Assembly: GCA_943789355.1 (NCBI GenBank) | Contig: CALSTU010000001.1 | Location: 107,118 to 171,117 of the forward strand | Length of the DNA stretch: 64,000 nucleotides | From: an uncultured Flavobacteriales bacterium | GTDB taxonomy: Bacteria; Bacteroidota; Bacteroidia; Flavobacteriales; UBA7430 | Direction of reading: 5' to 3' | In this document: positions 1 to 8,569 of the stretch, one piece after another | How the letters are laid out: every line of letters starts with the position of its first letter | Numbering within the stretch: position 1 is the first letter of the stretch | Position numbers and translations under genes: made by a program | Notes under the pieces: generated by a model | The model's database searches: none | Told to the model about the DNA's origin: nothing | Seen by the model: the letters and a program-made list of their open reading frames with translations, nothing else

Positions 1-65
1 AGCACCGGAACTACAAGCAGTAAATAAAGTAGTTCTGGATTCAAAAATTCAATATTCTCAAACAT
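1..65 (-). CDS. 5' end of a BatA-like (vWA-type) aerotolerance-operon protein; continues past the window start
   Basis: The minus-strand ATG at 65-63 overlaps the stop of the upstream ORF. The translation MFENIEFLNPELLYLLLVVPV resembles the N-terminal TM helix of BatA-type proteins that follow MoxR/DUF58 in Bacteroidota. Only 21 codons are visible. Confidence 0.3.
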   Translation of the reverse strand, partial: MFENIEFLNPELLYLLLVVPV

Positions 66-966
66 CCAACACCTCCTCATTCATATTGTGACAGCATTCC
101 ACGATTCGGTAAGAAGATTCCATAAATCGTTTGTTTGTGAAATTATCGGGATTGCTTTTGGCGAATTTAACGAGGTCAGCTTCTTCTAACAAACGCGTTA
201 TATCAGTCAACAATGAAATTTCAATTTTCTTCGTTCTTAATCGTTCAACAATCTCATCCGTGGTAGACTCTATGGTTTCAAGTTCAAATTGCCGATCAAA
301 ATAACATCTGAGTATTTCCGTGAGTTGTACGTAATGATTTTTAATTTCACCCATTTCACACAAACCTTGAGACTCCAAATTCTTTAGTGCTTCAAGAGCT
401 TCTATCTCACATGGAATTGAAGGAGCAATTTCTTCTTCAATCACACCCTTTTTGATCTTTATTTTTTGAATCAAATAGTAAATAAGTAAGATCAATACAA
501 GAATAATAAACGATCCGTAGACGATAGGCTTAGCCTCAGAAAAATTAAACGGAACATCTTCAGGTCCTTTGATATCAAAAACGACATTCGTTGTATCTAA
601 AAGTACAGGGACAAATGAAATATTTAAGGAATCTGTGTAAAAAGTATCACCCTCACTACTCACAAAAGGAAGCTGAGGCAAAACAAAATCACCGGTATCA
701 AATAACTGAATGGATAAATTCTGATGATAACGGTTAAGATTCGACTTTAATACGGAATCAATTTCACTAAAACTCTGAACTTCAATAGGCGCAATTAGCA
801 CCTCTATGTCTGGCCATATAACCTGAACGTTACTATTAACATTGATGTCCATTTGAATGACATCTCCTACGAGAGCTCTATTGGTGTCTAAAGAAATATC
901 AACCTTAGTTTGAGCAAAGGTTAATGTCGATAGAAACAGAATGCTTGTGTATAAAAATGAATTCAA
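58..966 (-). CDS. Membrane protein of the Bat/MoxR operon: signal peptide, BatD-like N-terminal region, one TM helix, DUF4381-like C-terminal region
   Basis: Signal peptide MNSFLYTSILFLSTLTFAQ and a central TM helix (IVYGSFIILVLILLIYYLI). The C-terminal helical part ends in ...EEADLVKFAKSNP, as in DUF4381. TTG start 2 nt after the DUF58 stop. Confidence 0.55.
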   Translation of the reverse strand: MNSFLYTSILFLSTLTFAQTKVDISLDTNRALVGDVIQMDINVNSNVQVIWPDIEVLIAPIEVQSFSEIDSVLKSNLNRYHQNLSIQLFDTGDFVLPQLPFVSSEGDTFYTDSLNISFVPVLLDTTNVVFDIKGPEDVPFNFSEAKPIVYGSFIILVLILLIYYLIQKIKIKKGVIEEEIAPSIPCEIEALEALKNLESQGLCEMGEIKNHYVQLTEILRCYFDRQFELETIESTTDEIVERLRTKKIEISLLTDITRLLEEADLVKFAKSNPDNFTNKRFMESSYRIVECCHNMNEEVLDV

Positions 967-968
967 AT

Positions 969-1832
969 TTATCTTCTTTTAAAAAATTCTAACAATTGTT
1001 TGGTGTAAGGCCGATCTACTCTTAACTCAAGAAAATCGGTACCTGAATGTGAACAATTGGATTTAAAGTTAACAATGAGATTGTTGTAAGCTGCTTCGTA
1101 ATCTGAACGAACAGCTTCTGAACTTGTATCTACCCAACCAACAGTTCCTGTTTCAGGATTTTGGAATTGAACCAATCCGATATCAGGAAGCTTTTCTTCC
1201 GCAGAATCAAATATACGCAGAGCCGTCAGGTCGTGTTTACTTGATGCAATTTTTAAATTTTTTTCATACTCTTGATCTTGAAAATCGGAAAGCGCAAAAA
1301 CGATACTTCTTTTCTTGATGACCGAACTTAAGAACTTTAAGGCCTCTGAAATATTGGTGCCTGCTCCTTTGGGCTTAAATTCAATCAACTCACGAATAAT
1401 TCTAAGAACATGAGATTTTCCTTTTTTTGGAGGAATAAACAACTCAATTTGATCCGTAAAAAATATAACGCCAACCTTATCATTATTTTGCATGGCAGAA
1501 AAAGCTAAAACGGCACAGAGCTCTGTAATCATTTCTCTTTTTTGTTGTGTTCTAGTACCGAAAGATTCAGACTTAGATACATCCACCAACAGCATCATGG
1601 TTAACTCTCTTTCTTCCTCAAATATTTTAATGTGAGGTTCATTAAGCTTTGCCGTTACATTCCAATCAATATCACGTATATCATCACCAAACTGATATTT
1701 TCGGACTTCTGAAAATGTCATACCTCTTCCTTTAAAATGCGAGTGATATTCACCAGAAAATATATGATTGGATAATCGACGTGTTTTGATTTCGATCTTC
1801 CGAACCTTTTTTAAAAGTTCTTTGGTCTCCAT
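969..1832 (-). CDS. DUF58 domain protein (vWA-like partner of MoxR)
   Basis: Contains the typical DUF58 core (YQFGDDIRDIDWNVTAKLNEPHIKIFEEERE). Lies directly downstream of, and coupled to, the MoxR ATPase gene. Confidence 0.85.
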   Translation of the reverse strand: METKELLKKVRKIEIKTRRLSNHIFSGEYHSHFKGRGMTFSEVRKYQFGDDIRDIDWNVTAKLNEPHIKIFEEERELTMMLLVDVSKSESFGTRTQQKREMITELCAVLAFSAMQNNDKVGVIFFTDQIELFIPPKKGKSHVLRIIRELIEFKPKGAGTNISEALKFLSSVIKKRSIVFALSDFQDQEYEKNLKIASSKHDLTALRIFDSAEEKLPDIGLVQFQNPETGTVGWVDTSSEAVRSDYEAAYNNLIVNFKSNCSHSGTDFLELRVDRPYTKQLLEFFKRR

Positions 1833-1833
1833 A

Positions 1834-2826
1834 CTAAGGCACTTCTACTTTATTCAATATTTGATTGATGATGTCTTCAGAGCTAACATCTTCTGCTTCT
1901 GCTTCATAGGTAATACCTATTCGGTGTCTGAGGACATCATGACATACGGCTCTTACATCTTCTGGGACTACATACCCTCTTCGTTTGATAAAAGCATAAA
2001 CTTTGGCCGCGGTAGCCAAATTAATAGATCCTCTAGGAGAGGACCCAAAAGAAATGAGTGCAGAGAGGTGGTCCAATCCAAAACGTTCAGGATATCGTGT
2101 TGCAAAGATGATGTCGAGAATGTAATTCTCAATCTTTTCATCCATATAAACAGTTTTGATGACGCTGCGAGCATTCATGATTTCTTCAAGAGAGACTACA
2201 GCATTAACCGCCTGATGTGAGTCTGTTAAACTGTTTCGCATGATGATTCTTTCGTCTTCTTGCTTAGGGTAATCAATAACTGTTTTGAGCATAAAACGGT
2301 CAACTTGAGCTTCTGGCAATGGGTAAGTACCTTCTTGTTCTACGGGGTTTTGAGTTGCTAAAACCAAAAAAGGTTCATCCATAGCAAATGTTTCATCACC
2401 GATAGTAACTTGTCGCTCCTGCATCGCCTCTAATAATGCAGATTGAACTTTGGCGGGCGCTCTATTGATTTCGTCAGCTAATATGAAATTCCCAAAAATA
2501 GGCCCCTTCTTAATACTGAATTCATTTTTAGGCATGTTGTAAACAGTCGTCCCTATAACGTCTGAAGGAAGAAGATCAGGCGTAAACTGAATACGACTAA
2601 ATTTACCGCTTATAGCCTTAGATAAGGTGTTGATGGCTAACGTCTTTGCTAAACCGGGGACACCCTCCAACAAGATGTGTCCATTACCTAGCAAAGCAAT
2701 GAGTAAGCGTTCAATCATATACTTTTGGCCAATAATAACCTTATTCATTTCCAAACTCAAGAGGTCTACAAAAGCGCTTTCTTGTTTGATTTTTTCGTTA
2801 ATTTCTTTAATCTCTAATGAATCCAT
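1834..2826 (-). CDS. MoxR-family AAA+ ATPase
   Basis: Walker A LEGVPGLAKT and Walker B ILADEINRAPAKVQSALLEAMQERQVT. Length of 330 aa and operon context with DUF58 fit the family. Confidence 0.95.
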   Translation of the reverse strand: MDSLEIKEINEKIKQESAFVDLLSLEMNKVIIGQKYMIERLLIALLGNGHILLEGVPGLAKTLAINTLSKAISGKFSRIQFTPDLLPSDVIGTTVYNMPKNEFSIKKGPIFGNFILADEINRAPAKVQSALLEAMQERQVTIGDETFAMDEPFLVLATQNPVEQEGTYPLPEAQVDRFMLKTVIDYPKQEDERIIMRNSLTDSHQAVNAVVSLEEIMNARSVIKTVYMDEKIENYILDIIFATRYPERFGLDHLSALISFGSSPRGSINLATAAKVYAFIKRRGYVVPEDVRAVCHDVLRHRIGITYEAEAEDVSSEDIINQILNKVEVP

Positions 2827-2978
2827 TCTATTGTGTTTATATTTGTTGTAAAATTAAAAAACAATCTCATTTCCTCAACATAAAACCCGGGGTTAACGCA
2901 ATATTAACGTAATATCTTACAACATATTTTAGAACACCTAAATTAACCATAAGAAGGCAATAAAATAGATTCTATTCC

Positions 2979-3833
2979 ATGAAACTTTTCAACAACAAAT
3001 TCATCTTATTTTTCAACTTAAATCTACTTTTCTTTACACCTATCTATTCCCAAGAAAGACGTAATCCAATTGTTGATCCGCTTAAATATATACCCACACT
3101 CACCTTTCAAGAAGGAGGATTCTTAAAGACCTCTGAAAAAAACTTCCCTATTTCAATAAATTTCAACACCCATCAGGATGCCAATGGAGATGGAAATTTG
3201 GATCCTGAAGACAATATAGAGAACATGATTCTGTATGCTATTGGAGAAGCTGTTAAAGGAAACGGAAGAACAGGTTTAAGTAATAGAGGTCCTAACAACC
3301 AGTCTCCAGCTGTTTATTTTAATTATGCCGAAACATTTAGCCACAACGTATACCAATATTGGTATTACTACGGAGAAAATTCTCATTTAGAAAATCATGA
3401 ACACGATTGGGAGTCTGTTTTTGTTTTTGAAAGAGATACACTTCCCGTCATGGTTCAAATGACCTCTTTTGGAAAATTAACCAATCTTCAATGGAATGCA
3501 TTTCAAAAAGATGAAGAACATCTAGTTTTGGGTGTTCGACGAGGTGATCACTCTTTCACCACCTCCCCAAAAAATGGAGTTGTCATCAGGTACAACGGTG
3601 AGATTCATGCGCAACAAGGTGTTTTAAACGAAGGGCACGGCAAAATGATACCTTGGACGGTATATAGCTCTAAAGATTTCACAACAAACACCACTGTATT
3701 TGATGAAGGTAAGACCACAAAATTTTATTACGGTGATGTTGCTTATCCGAGAAGTGGTAAAGAGTTTGATTCGGAAAGAAAAGCCCCTTGGCGAAGAAGG
3801 CGTTGGAGAAGACCTAGAAAAAATGATGAATAA
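2979..3833 (+). CDS. Secreted NPP1/NLP-like (necrosis-inducing protein family) protein with an Arg/Trp-rich C-terminal tail
   Basis: Signal peptide MKLFNNKFILFFNLNLLFFTPIYSQ. The stretch YQYWYYYGENSHLENHEHDWESVFVF matches the NLP pattern of an aromatic-rich strand followed by the GHRHDWE heptapeptide (here HEHDWE at nt 3396-3413). The tail is KAPWRRRRWRRPRKNDE. Confidence 0.55.
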   Translation: MKLFNNKFILFFNLNLLFFTPIYSQERRNPIVDPLKYIPTLTFQEGGFLKTSEKNFPISINFNTHQDANGDGNLDPEDNIENMILYAIGEAVKGNGRTGLSNRGPNNQSPAVYFNYAETFSHNVYQYWYYYGENSHLENHEHDWESVFVFERDTLPVMVQMTSFGKLTNLQWNAFQKDEEHLVLGVRRGDHSFTTSPKNGVVIRYNGEIHAQQGVLNEGHGKMIPWTVYSSKDFTTNTTVFDEGKTTKFYYGDVAYPRSGKEFDSERKAPWRRRRWRRPRKNDE

Positions 3834-3875
3834 AATTGCTCTCAAAGGGAGCATTTGCTCAGTAATAAATTGTGA

Positions 3876-4772
3876 TTAACTGAGTACCGACTGCTGATGG
3901 TACTCTAGCAAATCTTTCAACTTTTCATATCTAGGCCTAGAAATTTGCACCAGTGGCAAACGCAAATACTCTTCACAAATTCCCATAATTTTCAAACATG
4001 CTTTCACCCCTGAAGGGCTCCCTTCGGCGAATAAATGGTCGATGATTTCGAGTTGAGGATAATGCAAAGCTCTAGCCTTTTCGACCTGTCCTGAAACTCC
4101 AAAATTGACCATTTCGGAAAATTCTTTAGGACAAACCATTGCTTGAACTGAAATAACACCTTCTGCCCCCATAAGAAGCATTGGTAAGGTAAAGGCATCA
4201 TCTCCTGAAAGAACTTTAAAATCGGCTGGTTTGTCTCTAAGAATATGCATGATTTGATCCATATCTCTAGATGCCTCTTTGATAGCAACAATGTGATCGA
4301 AATCTTTAGCGAGTCTTAGTGTCGTATCTGCTGATATATTTACGGAAGTTCTACCGGGAACATTGTATAAAATAATGGCTATGGGACAAGCTTCGGCAAT
4401 TGATTTGAAGTGAAGATAAATACCCTCTTGGCTAGGCTTGTTGTATGCAGGAGAAACAGACAGGACAGCACTAACACCGGTGAAGTCTGTTGACTTTATT
4501 TCCTCCACAACGGCTTTGGTATTGTTACCACCCAAACCAAGTACTAGAGGAACCCTTCCATTAATTTTCTTTTTCGTGAAAGCAACCACTTCCATCTTTT
4601 CCTGCTTGGATAAAACAGCGCTTTCTCCGGTTGTGCCCATAGAAACTAAAAAATCAGCACCTTCTCGGATTAAGTAATCAATCAAGTTTGATAGACCGTC
4701 ATAATCAACGTCTCTATCCTCCTTGAAGGGAGTTATCAACGCAACTCCTGTTCTTCCTATATCTATTTTCAT
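3876..4772 (-). CDS. dapA: 4-hydroxy-tetrahydrodipicolinate synthase
   Basis: GVALITPF, MGTTGES, and the active-site Lys context VAIKEAS. 298 aa. Confidence 0.95.
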   Translation of the reverse strand: MKIDIGRTGVALITPFKEDRDVDYDGLSNLIDYLIREGADFLVSMGTTGESAVLSKQEKMEVVAFTKKKINGRVPLVLGLGGNNTKAVVEEIKSTDFTGVSAVLSVSPAYNKPSQEGIYLHFKSIAEACPIAIILYNVPGRTSVNISADTTLRLAKDFDHIVAIKEASRDMDQIMHILRDKPADFKVLSGDDAFTLPMLLMGAEGVISVQAMVCPKEFSEMVNFGVSGQVEKARALHYPQLEIIDHLFAEGSPSGVKACLKIMGICEEYLRLPLVQISRPRYEKLKDLLEYHQQSVLS

Positions 4773-5295
4773 GTCCCTCTGTAGGAATTAAACAATGTGT
4801 AACTTCTTTTATCAGAGAATCTAAACTCTGAAAATCGCTCATCTTAATTTCGTGGTCAAATATACAGATATCTTTTCTAAATCTTCCTAATTTAAAGACT
4901 GCAGATGATGCCAATGTCAAATAAGTTAACGGATAATGTGATTTTAAACTCAGATCAATAAGTACATCGTAATTCTCTTCAAGATAATTATCAATGATCA
5001 TCCCCTTTGGTTTTCCATACCAATTCAGTTGCGCATTTGAAAAATAATCAAAATTTAAAGTGGAAAGATGTTCAAGGGATTTGTTCGGTTCATTTACGAA
5101 ACCTAATGCATAAACATCATACTTAGCGTGCACAAACATTCTTACAAGTGATTTCACAAGGCGAATAGAGGCGGGATCAGTAGCTTCGAACAAAACAGCA
5201 AGTCGTCTTGCACCTTTCAAGTCTATATCAGATCTTTGAACGTGAAGGTTTTCCAACCTTTTAAGCACCCTATTAGAAAACCAACTCACTAACAT
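4714..5295 (-). CDS. Hypothetical protein; its 3' end overlaps dapA by 59 nt
   Basis: ATG-initiated 193-aa ORF with no motif I recognise. Same strand as dapA and immediately upstream of it. Confidence 0.5.
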   Translation of the reverse strand: MLVSWFSNRVLKRLENLHVQRSDIDLKGARRLAVLFEATDPASIRLVKSLVRMFVHAKYDVYALGFVNEPNKSLEHLSTLNFDYFSNAQLNWYGKPKGMIIDNYLEENYDVLIDLSLKSHYPLTYLTLASSAVFKLGRFRKDICIFDHEIKMSDFQSLDSLIKEVTHCLIPTEGHENRYRKNRSCVDNSLQGG

Positions 5296-5460
5296 ATCGA
5301 GTAATTATTATATAATATATATTTATTTCAAGGTAATTCTATTTCTAAAACTGGACTAATTAGAGGAGTAGGTGTGTGAAATCATTGGTTACAATTTACC
5401 TAACTGATTGGTATTGTAGACATTTCAGTATTACATTTACAAATACCAGACCAAAAACCA

Positions 5461-6945
5461 TCAGTTATGATATATTAATAAATTCCGGTGAATGGATAAA
5501 TGAACACTTACGGGGTCATAATTTCCATCAAGCATGTCCAACCTACCGACTGAAAAACTTAATTGTGTGTTTTCGGATAGCATATAATTTAGTGATAGAT
5601 TAAGCTGTATTCCAACTCCCTTACCGACATCAATGCCTCCACCTCCTGCTATGACGGTGTGAATAGGTATCTTAATCTTAAATTTCTTATCATCGAATAT
5701 GATACTTGATATTCCAAAAACTCCTTCCGCATAAGCACCATAATCTCCCCCCATAGCCCATCGCGTTTCTCCAAGCAATTCAAAATGAGATCCGATAGGG
5801 TAAGACAATCCAAAATACATCAGTGTCATGTCAGTGTAAAGTAGTCCATTTTTATCAGTAGCATTTGGAGCTTTATGAAGGTTAAGACCCGTCCTCAAAC
5901 CCAAGAATCTAGACCTTAGTTCGTCTAGTGGCCTACGAAATTGACCTTTTGCTCCTATTAAAAAAGAACTTTCGAAATCATACTTAAGTCCAATGTTTAT
6001 ATAATTTGCGGCAAATGAACCAGCGTGAGATGTGTTAAAACCTCTTGAAATACTCACAGCTTTTCTGGGAAACTTAAAATCTACTCCCGTCTCCAAAATA
6101 TAAGCGAGCCCACCGGAAGTATTCATGCCTCCACCCCCACAGCTCCCAATTAGGGTTTTAGCATTCCAAGTAACAGCATCTATACTGATTATTTTCATTG
6201 AAAATCCTGTGTAATAGGCCATAAAACCGTCAATCTTTCTGGAAATTGCCCCTTGTAAGCGAATTAGACCTGCAAAGCGTTTGTTGTAATGAGCCGCATA
6301 TTCAACACCTACAAGTTTAGCATGATAACGAGAGCGTATTGAAGCCGCGTCGTTTGCATCTAGTAGCATAAAGGTGTTTTGAATAGAAGCTGACTGCTTT
6401 GCCATTAATACATCAAGAGGGTATTGCTTGGTTGAAGGAGAAACTTTATATGAAAGTCCCCATTGAATCTGCTTGCCACCTATGGAACCGGTAGGGAAAT
6501 TATAATTCGAATACCGCAGCAAAAAGTTGATGTTTGGGTTTAGAATGAATTTTATTCCACATCCATACCTGTAAGCTAAGCCAGAACCATCAGGAGCACC
6601 AGCGCCTCCTCCTCCTCCTATAAAAGTATTTACATTCAAGGCTATGGGCAGTATACTTAAATCGTAATCAAATTCCGTCGTTAGTCCAAAAACATACAAA
6701 CCACCGAACTGTCCGAGAAGAGCTTCTTGTATTTCCAAGCCATATGAATACGTGTATTGGGTATGGTCGTGAGTCAGTAAAAACATTGAATTGCCCAGGA
6801 CAAAGTCCTCATGGTTTTTCATATCAACACTCTCAAAGGTTCTTTGTAATTCAAAACCCACAGAATTTTGCCCCAAAGAATCATAAACCTTGAAAAAAAA
6901 TAAAGCAAGTATTAAAATCGTAAACCTTAACTTAAATCTTGACAT
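5461..6945 (-). CDS. Secreted glycine-rich protein with a three-fold internal repeat (putative outer-membrane beta-barrel)
   Basis: Signal peptide MSRFKLRFTILILALFFFKVYDSLGQ. Alternating beta-strand-like sequence throughout. Three copies of a poly-Gly-containing module (IGGGGGAGAPDGSGLAY..., IGSCGGGGMNTSGGLAY..., IAGGGGIDVGKGVG...). Confidence 0.6.
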   Translation of the reverse strand: MSRFKLRFTILILALFFFKVYDSLGQNSVGFELQRTFESVDMKNHEDFVLGNSMFLLTHDHTQYTYSYGLEIQEALLGQFGGLYVFGLTTEFDYDLSILPIALNVNTFIGGGGGAGAPDGSGLAYRYGCGIKFILNPNINFLLRYSNYNFPTGSIGGKQIQWGLSYKVSPSTKQYPLDVLMAKQSASIQNTFMLLDANDAASIRSRYHAKLVGVEYAAHYNKRFAGLIRLQGAISRKIDGFMAYYTGFSMKIISIDAVTWNAKTLIGSCGGGGMNTSGGLAYILETGVDFKFPRKAVSISRGFNTSHAGSFAANYINIGLKYDFESSFLIGAKGQFRRPLDELRSRFLGLRTGLNLHKAPNATDKNGLLYTDMTLMYFGLSYPIGSHFELLGETRWAMGGDYGAYAEGVFGISSIIFDDKKFKIKIPIHTVIAGGGGIDVGKGVGIQLNLSLNYMLSENTQLSFSVGRLDMLDGNYDPVSVHLSIHRNLLIYHN

Positions 6946-7095
6946 TCTTAAACATAAATTACAACAAAGTAAAATCCATATGGTATCTTTGTAAAGATAG
7001 TTGATTATATAATGTCAACAAGAATTATGATGGGGTGTGCTCAAGCATACAAAAGTTCATTTAGAGCTTGTTAACCTAACAAAATAAATCAAAAA

Positions 7096-7536
7096 ATGGA
7101 TGAAATATTAAATTGGCACTGGTGGATGTATGCAGGTATCATCCTTTTGATTCTTGAGGTTTTTACACCAGGCTTTATTATTGCTTGCCTGGGATTAGGA
7201 GCACTGTGCGCATCAGCTATAGCATATCTTGAGTTTAATCTTGATTCTCAACTCATTGTTTTTGCCATCAGCACTCTCATAAGTTTATTCATCATTCGCC
7301 CGATATTCTTAAAAAAGAGCAGCCCAGAGCATGTTATAAAAACAAACACGGATGCTTTAATTGGAAGGATCGGAACGGTTACTGACACCATAGACAATTC
7401 GATACAAAAAGGTAGAGTTGTCATTGATGGAGACCACTGGAAAGCCAATTCATTTAGCAACGAAATACTCACAGAAAACACCAAGGTAATCGTAACATCT
7501 ATTGACAGTACAATCCTAACCGTAAAAAAATTATAA
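7096..7536 (+). CDS. NfeD-family membrane protein
   Basis: N-terminal TM helices plus a C-terminal OB-fold-like motif (GRVVIDGDHWKA). Directly coupled to the downstream SPFH gene, which is the classic NfeD-SPFH pairing. Confidence 0.85.
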   Translation: MDEILNWHWWMYAGIILLILEVFTPGFIIACLGLGALCASAIAYLEFNLDSQLIVFAISTLISLFIIRPIFLKKSSPEHVIKTNTDALIGRIGTVTDTIDNSIQKGRVVIDGDHWKANSFSNEILTENTKVIVTSIDSTILTVKKL

Positions 7537-7537
7537 T

Positions 7538-8491
7538 ATGGGACTCACAATAATCGCATCACTAATTGCCATTTTAGCCATTGCCTTTGCCATTAAAGGT
7601 CTTAAAATTGTTCAACAATCCGAAACAATAATCATTGAAAGACTAGGGAGGTATCACAAAACACTTAAGTCCGGATTAAACATCATCATTCCTTTCGTGG
7701 ACAAGCCCAGAATCATCATATGGAGGTATTCAACAGAAGGCCCCATGGGAAATACTTTGGTTAAATATGTGAAAGAAAGCAGAATTGATTTGCGTGAAAC
7801 TGTTTATGATTTCCCAAAACAGAATGTAATTACAAGAGACAATATTGTAACTGAAATCAATGCTCTTATTTATTTCCAAGTGATGGATCCCATAAGAGCC
7901 GTTTATGAAATAGCGAATCTTCCTCAAGCCATTGAAAAACTAACTCAAACCTCACTAAGAAACGTTATTGGTGAAATGGATCTTGATGACACCTTATCCT
8001 CCAGAGATACGATCAATACTAAGTTACAAGAAATTCTAGATGATGCGACCAACAAATGGGGTGTTAAAGTAAATAGGGTTGAATTGCAAGATATTAATCC
8101 GCCTATGGACATCAGAGAGGCCATGGAGAAACAGATGCGTGCTGAAAGAGATAAACGCGCAACGATTCTTGAAGCGGAGGGATTCAAACAATCCGAAGTT
8201 TTAAAAGCAGAAGGTGATCGACAAGCAGAGATTAATCGTGCAGAAGGTGAAGCTTCAGCCAGAATAACCATTGCTAATGCTGAAGCAGAAGCCTTAAAAG
8301 TAGTTACAGAGGCGATCAAAGAATCAAGTGGAGATCCTGTCAATTACCTGATTGCTATGAAGTACCTTGACACATTAAAAGAGATGACATCAGGGGAAGA
8401 CAATAAAGTCGTTTACATTCCTTACGAAGCCACAGGGATTTTGAGCTCTGTGGGTGGAATTAAAGATTTACTCCTTTCCAAAGGGAATTAG
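7538..8491 (+). CDS. SPFH/band 7 (stomatin/QmcA-like) protein
   Basis: N-terminal TM helix and a band-7 core (IVQQSETIIIERLGRYHKTL...VITRDNIVTEINALIYFQV). Followed by a Glu/Ala-rich coiled coil. Confidence 0.95.
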   Translation: MGLTIIASLIAILAIAFAIKGLKIVQQSETIIIERLGRYHKTLKSGLNIIIPFVDKPRIIIWRYSTEGPMGNTLVKYVKESRIDLRETVYDFPKQNVITRDNIVTEINALIYFQVMDPIRAVYEIANLPQAIEKLTQTSLRNVIGEMDLDDTLSSRDTINTKLQEILDDATNKWGVKVNRVELQDINPPMDIREAMEKQMRAERDKRATILEAEGFKQSEVLKAEGDRQAEINRAEGEASARITIANAEAEALKVVTEAIKESSGDPVNYLIAMKYLDTLKEMTSGEDNKVVYIPYEATGILSSVGGIKDLLLSKGN

Positions 8492-8569
8492 TGGCAGACT
8501 CATAAACAAAATAAATCTAATTAGTTTCAATAGATGAACTGATTGATCGTCAGTTAATTCAAAAAATTC

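Noticed and set aside
1768-2220. 150-aa plus-strand ORF, and other short ORFs inside the MoxR/DUF58 genes
   Set aside because: They are antisense to strongly supported genes and have no motifs or plausible starts.
6984-6999. Perfect 7-bp inverted repeat tatctttgtaaagata upstream of the NfeD gene, which also contains a TAnnTTTG match
   Set aside because: It lies 105 nt from the ATG and is very AT-rich. It could be an operator or a promoter, but a chance palindrome of this size is plausible in AT-rich DNA, so the support is insufficient.
7945-8343. 132-aa minus-strand ORF, Ala/Ser-rich
   Set aside because: It lies entirely inside the well-supported SPFH gene, antisense to it. Its low-complexity composition is the mirror image of the Glu/Ala-rich coiled-coil codons. 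No independent signals support it.
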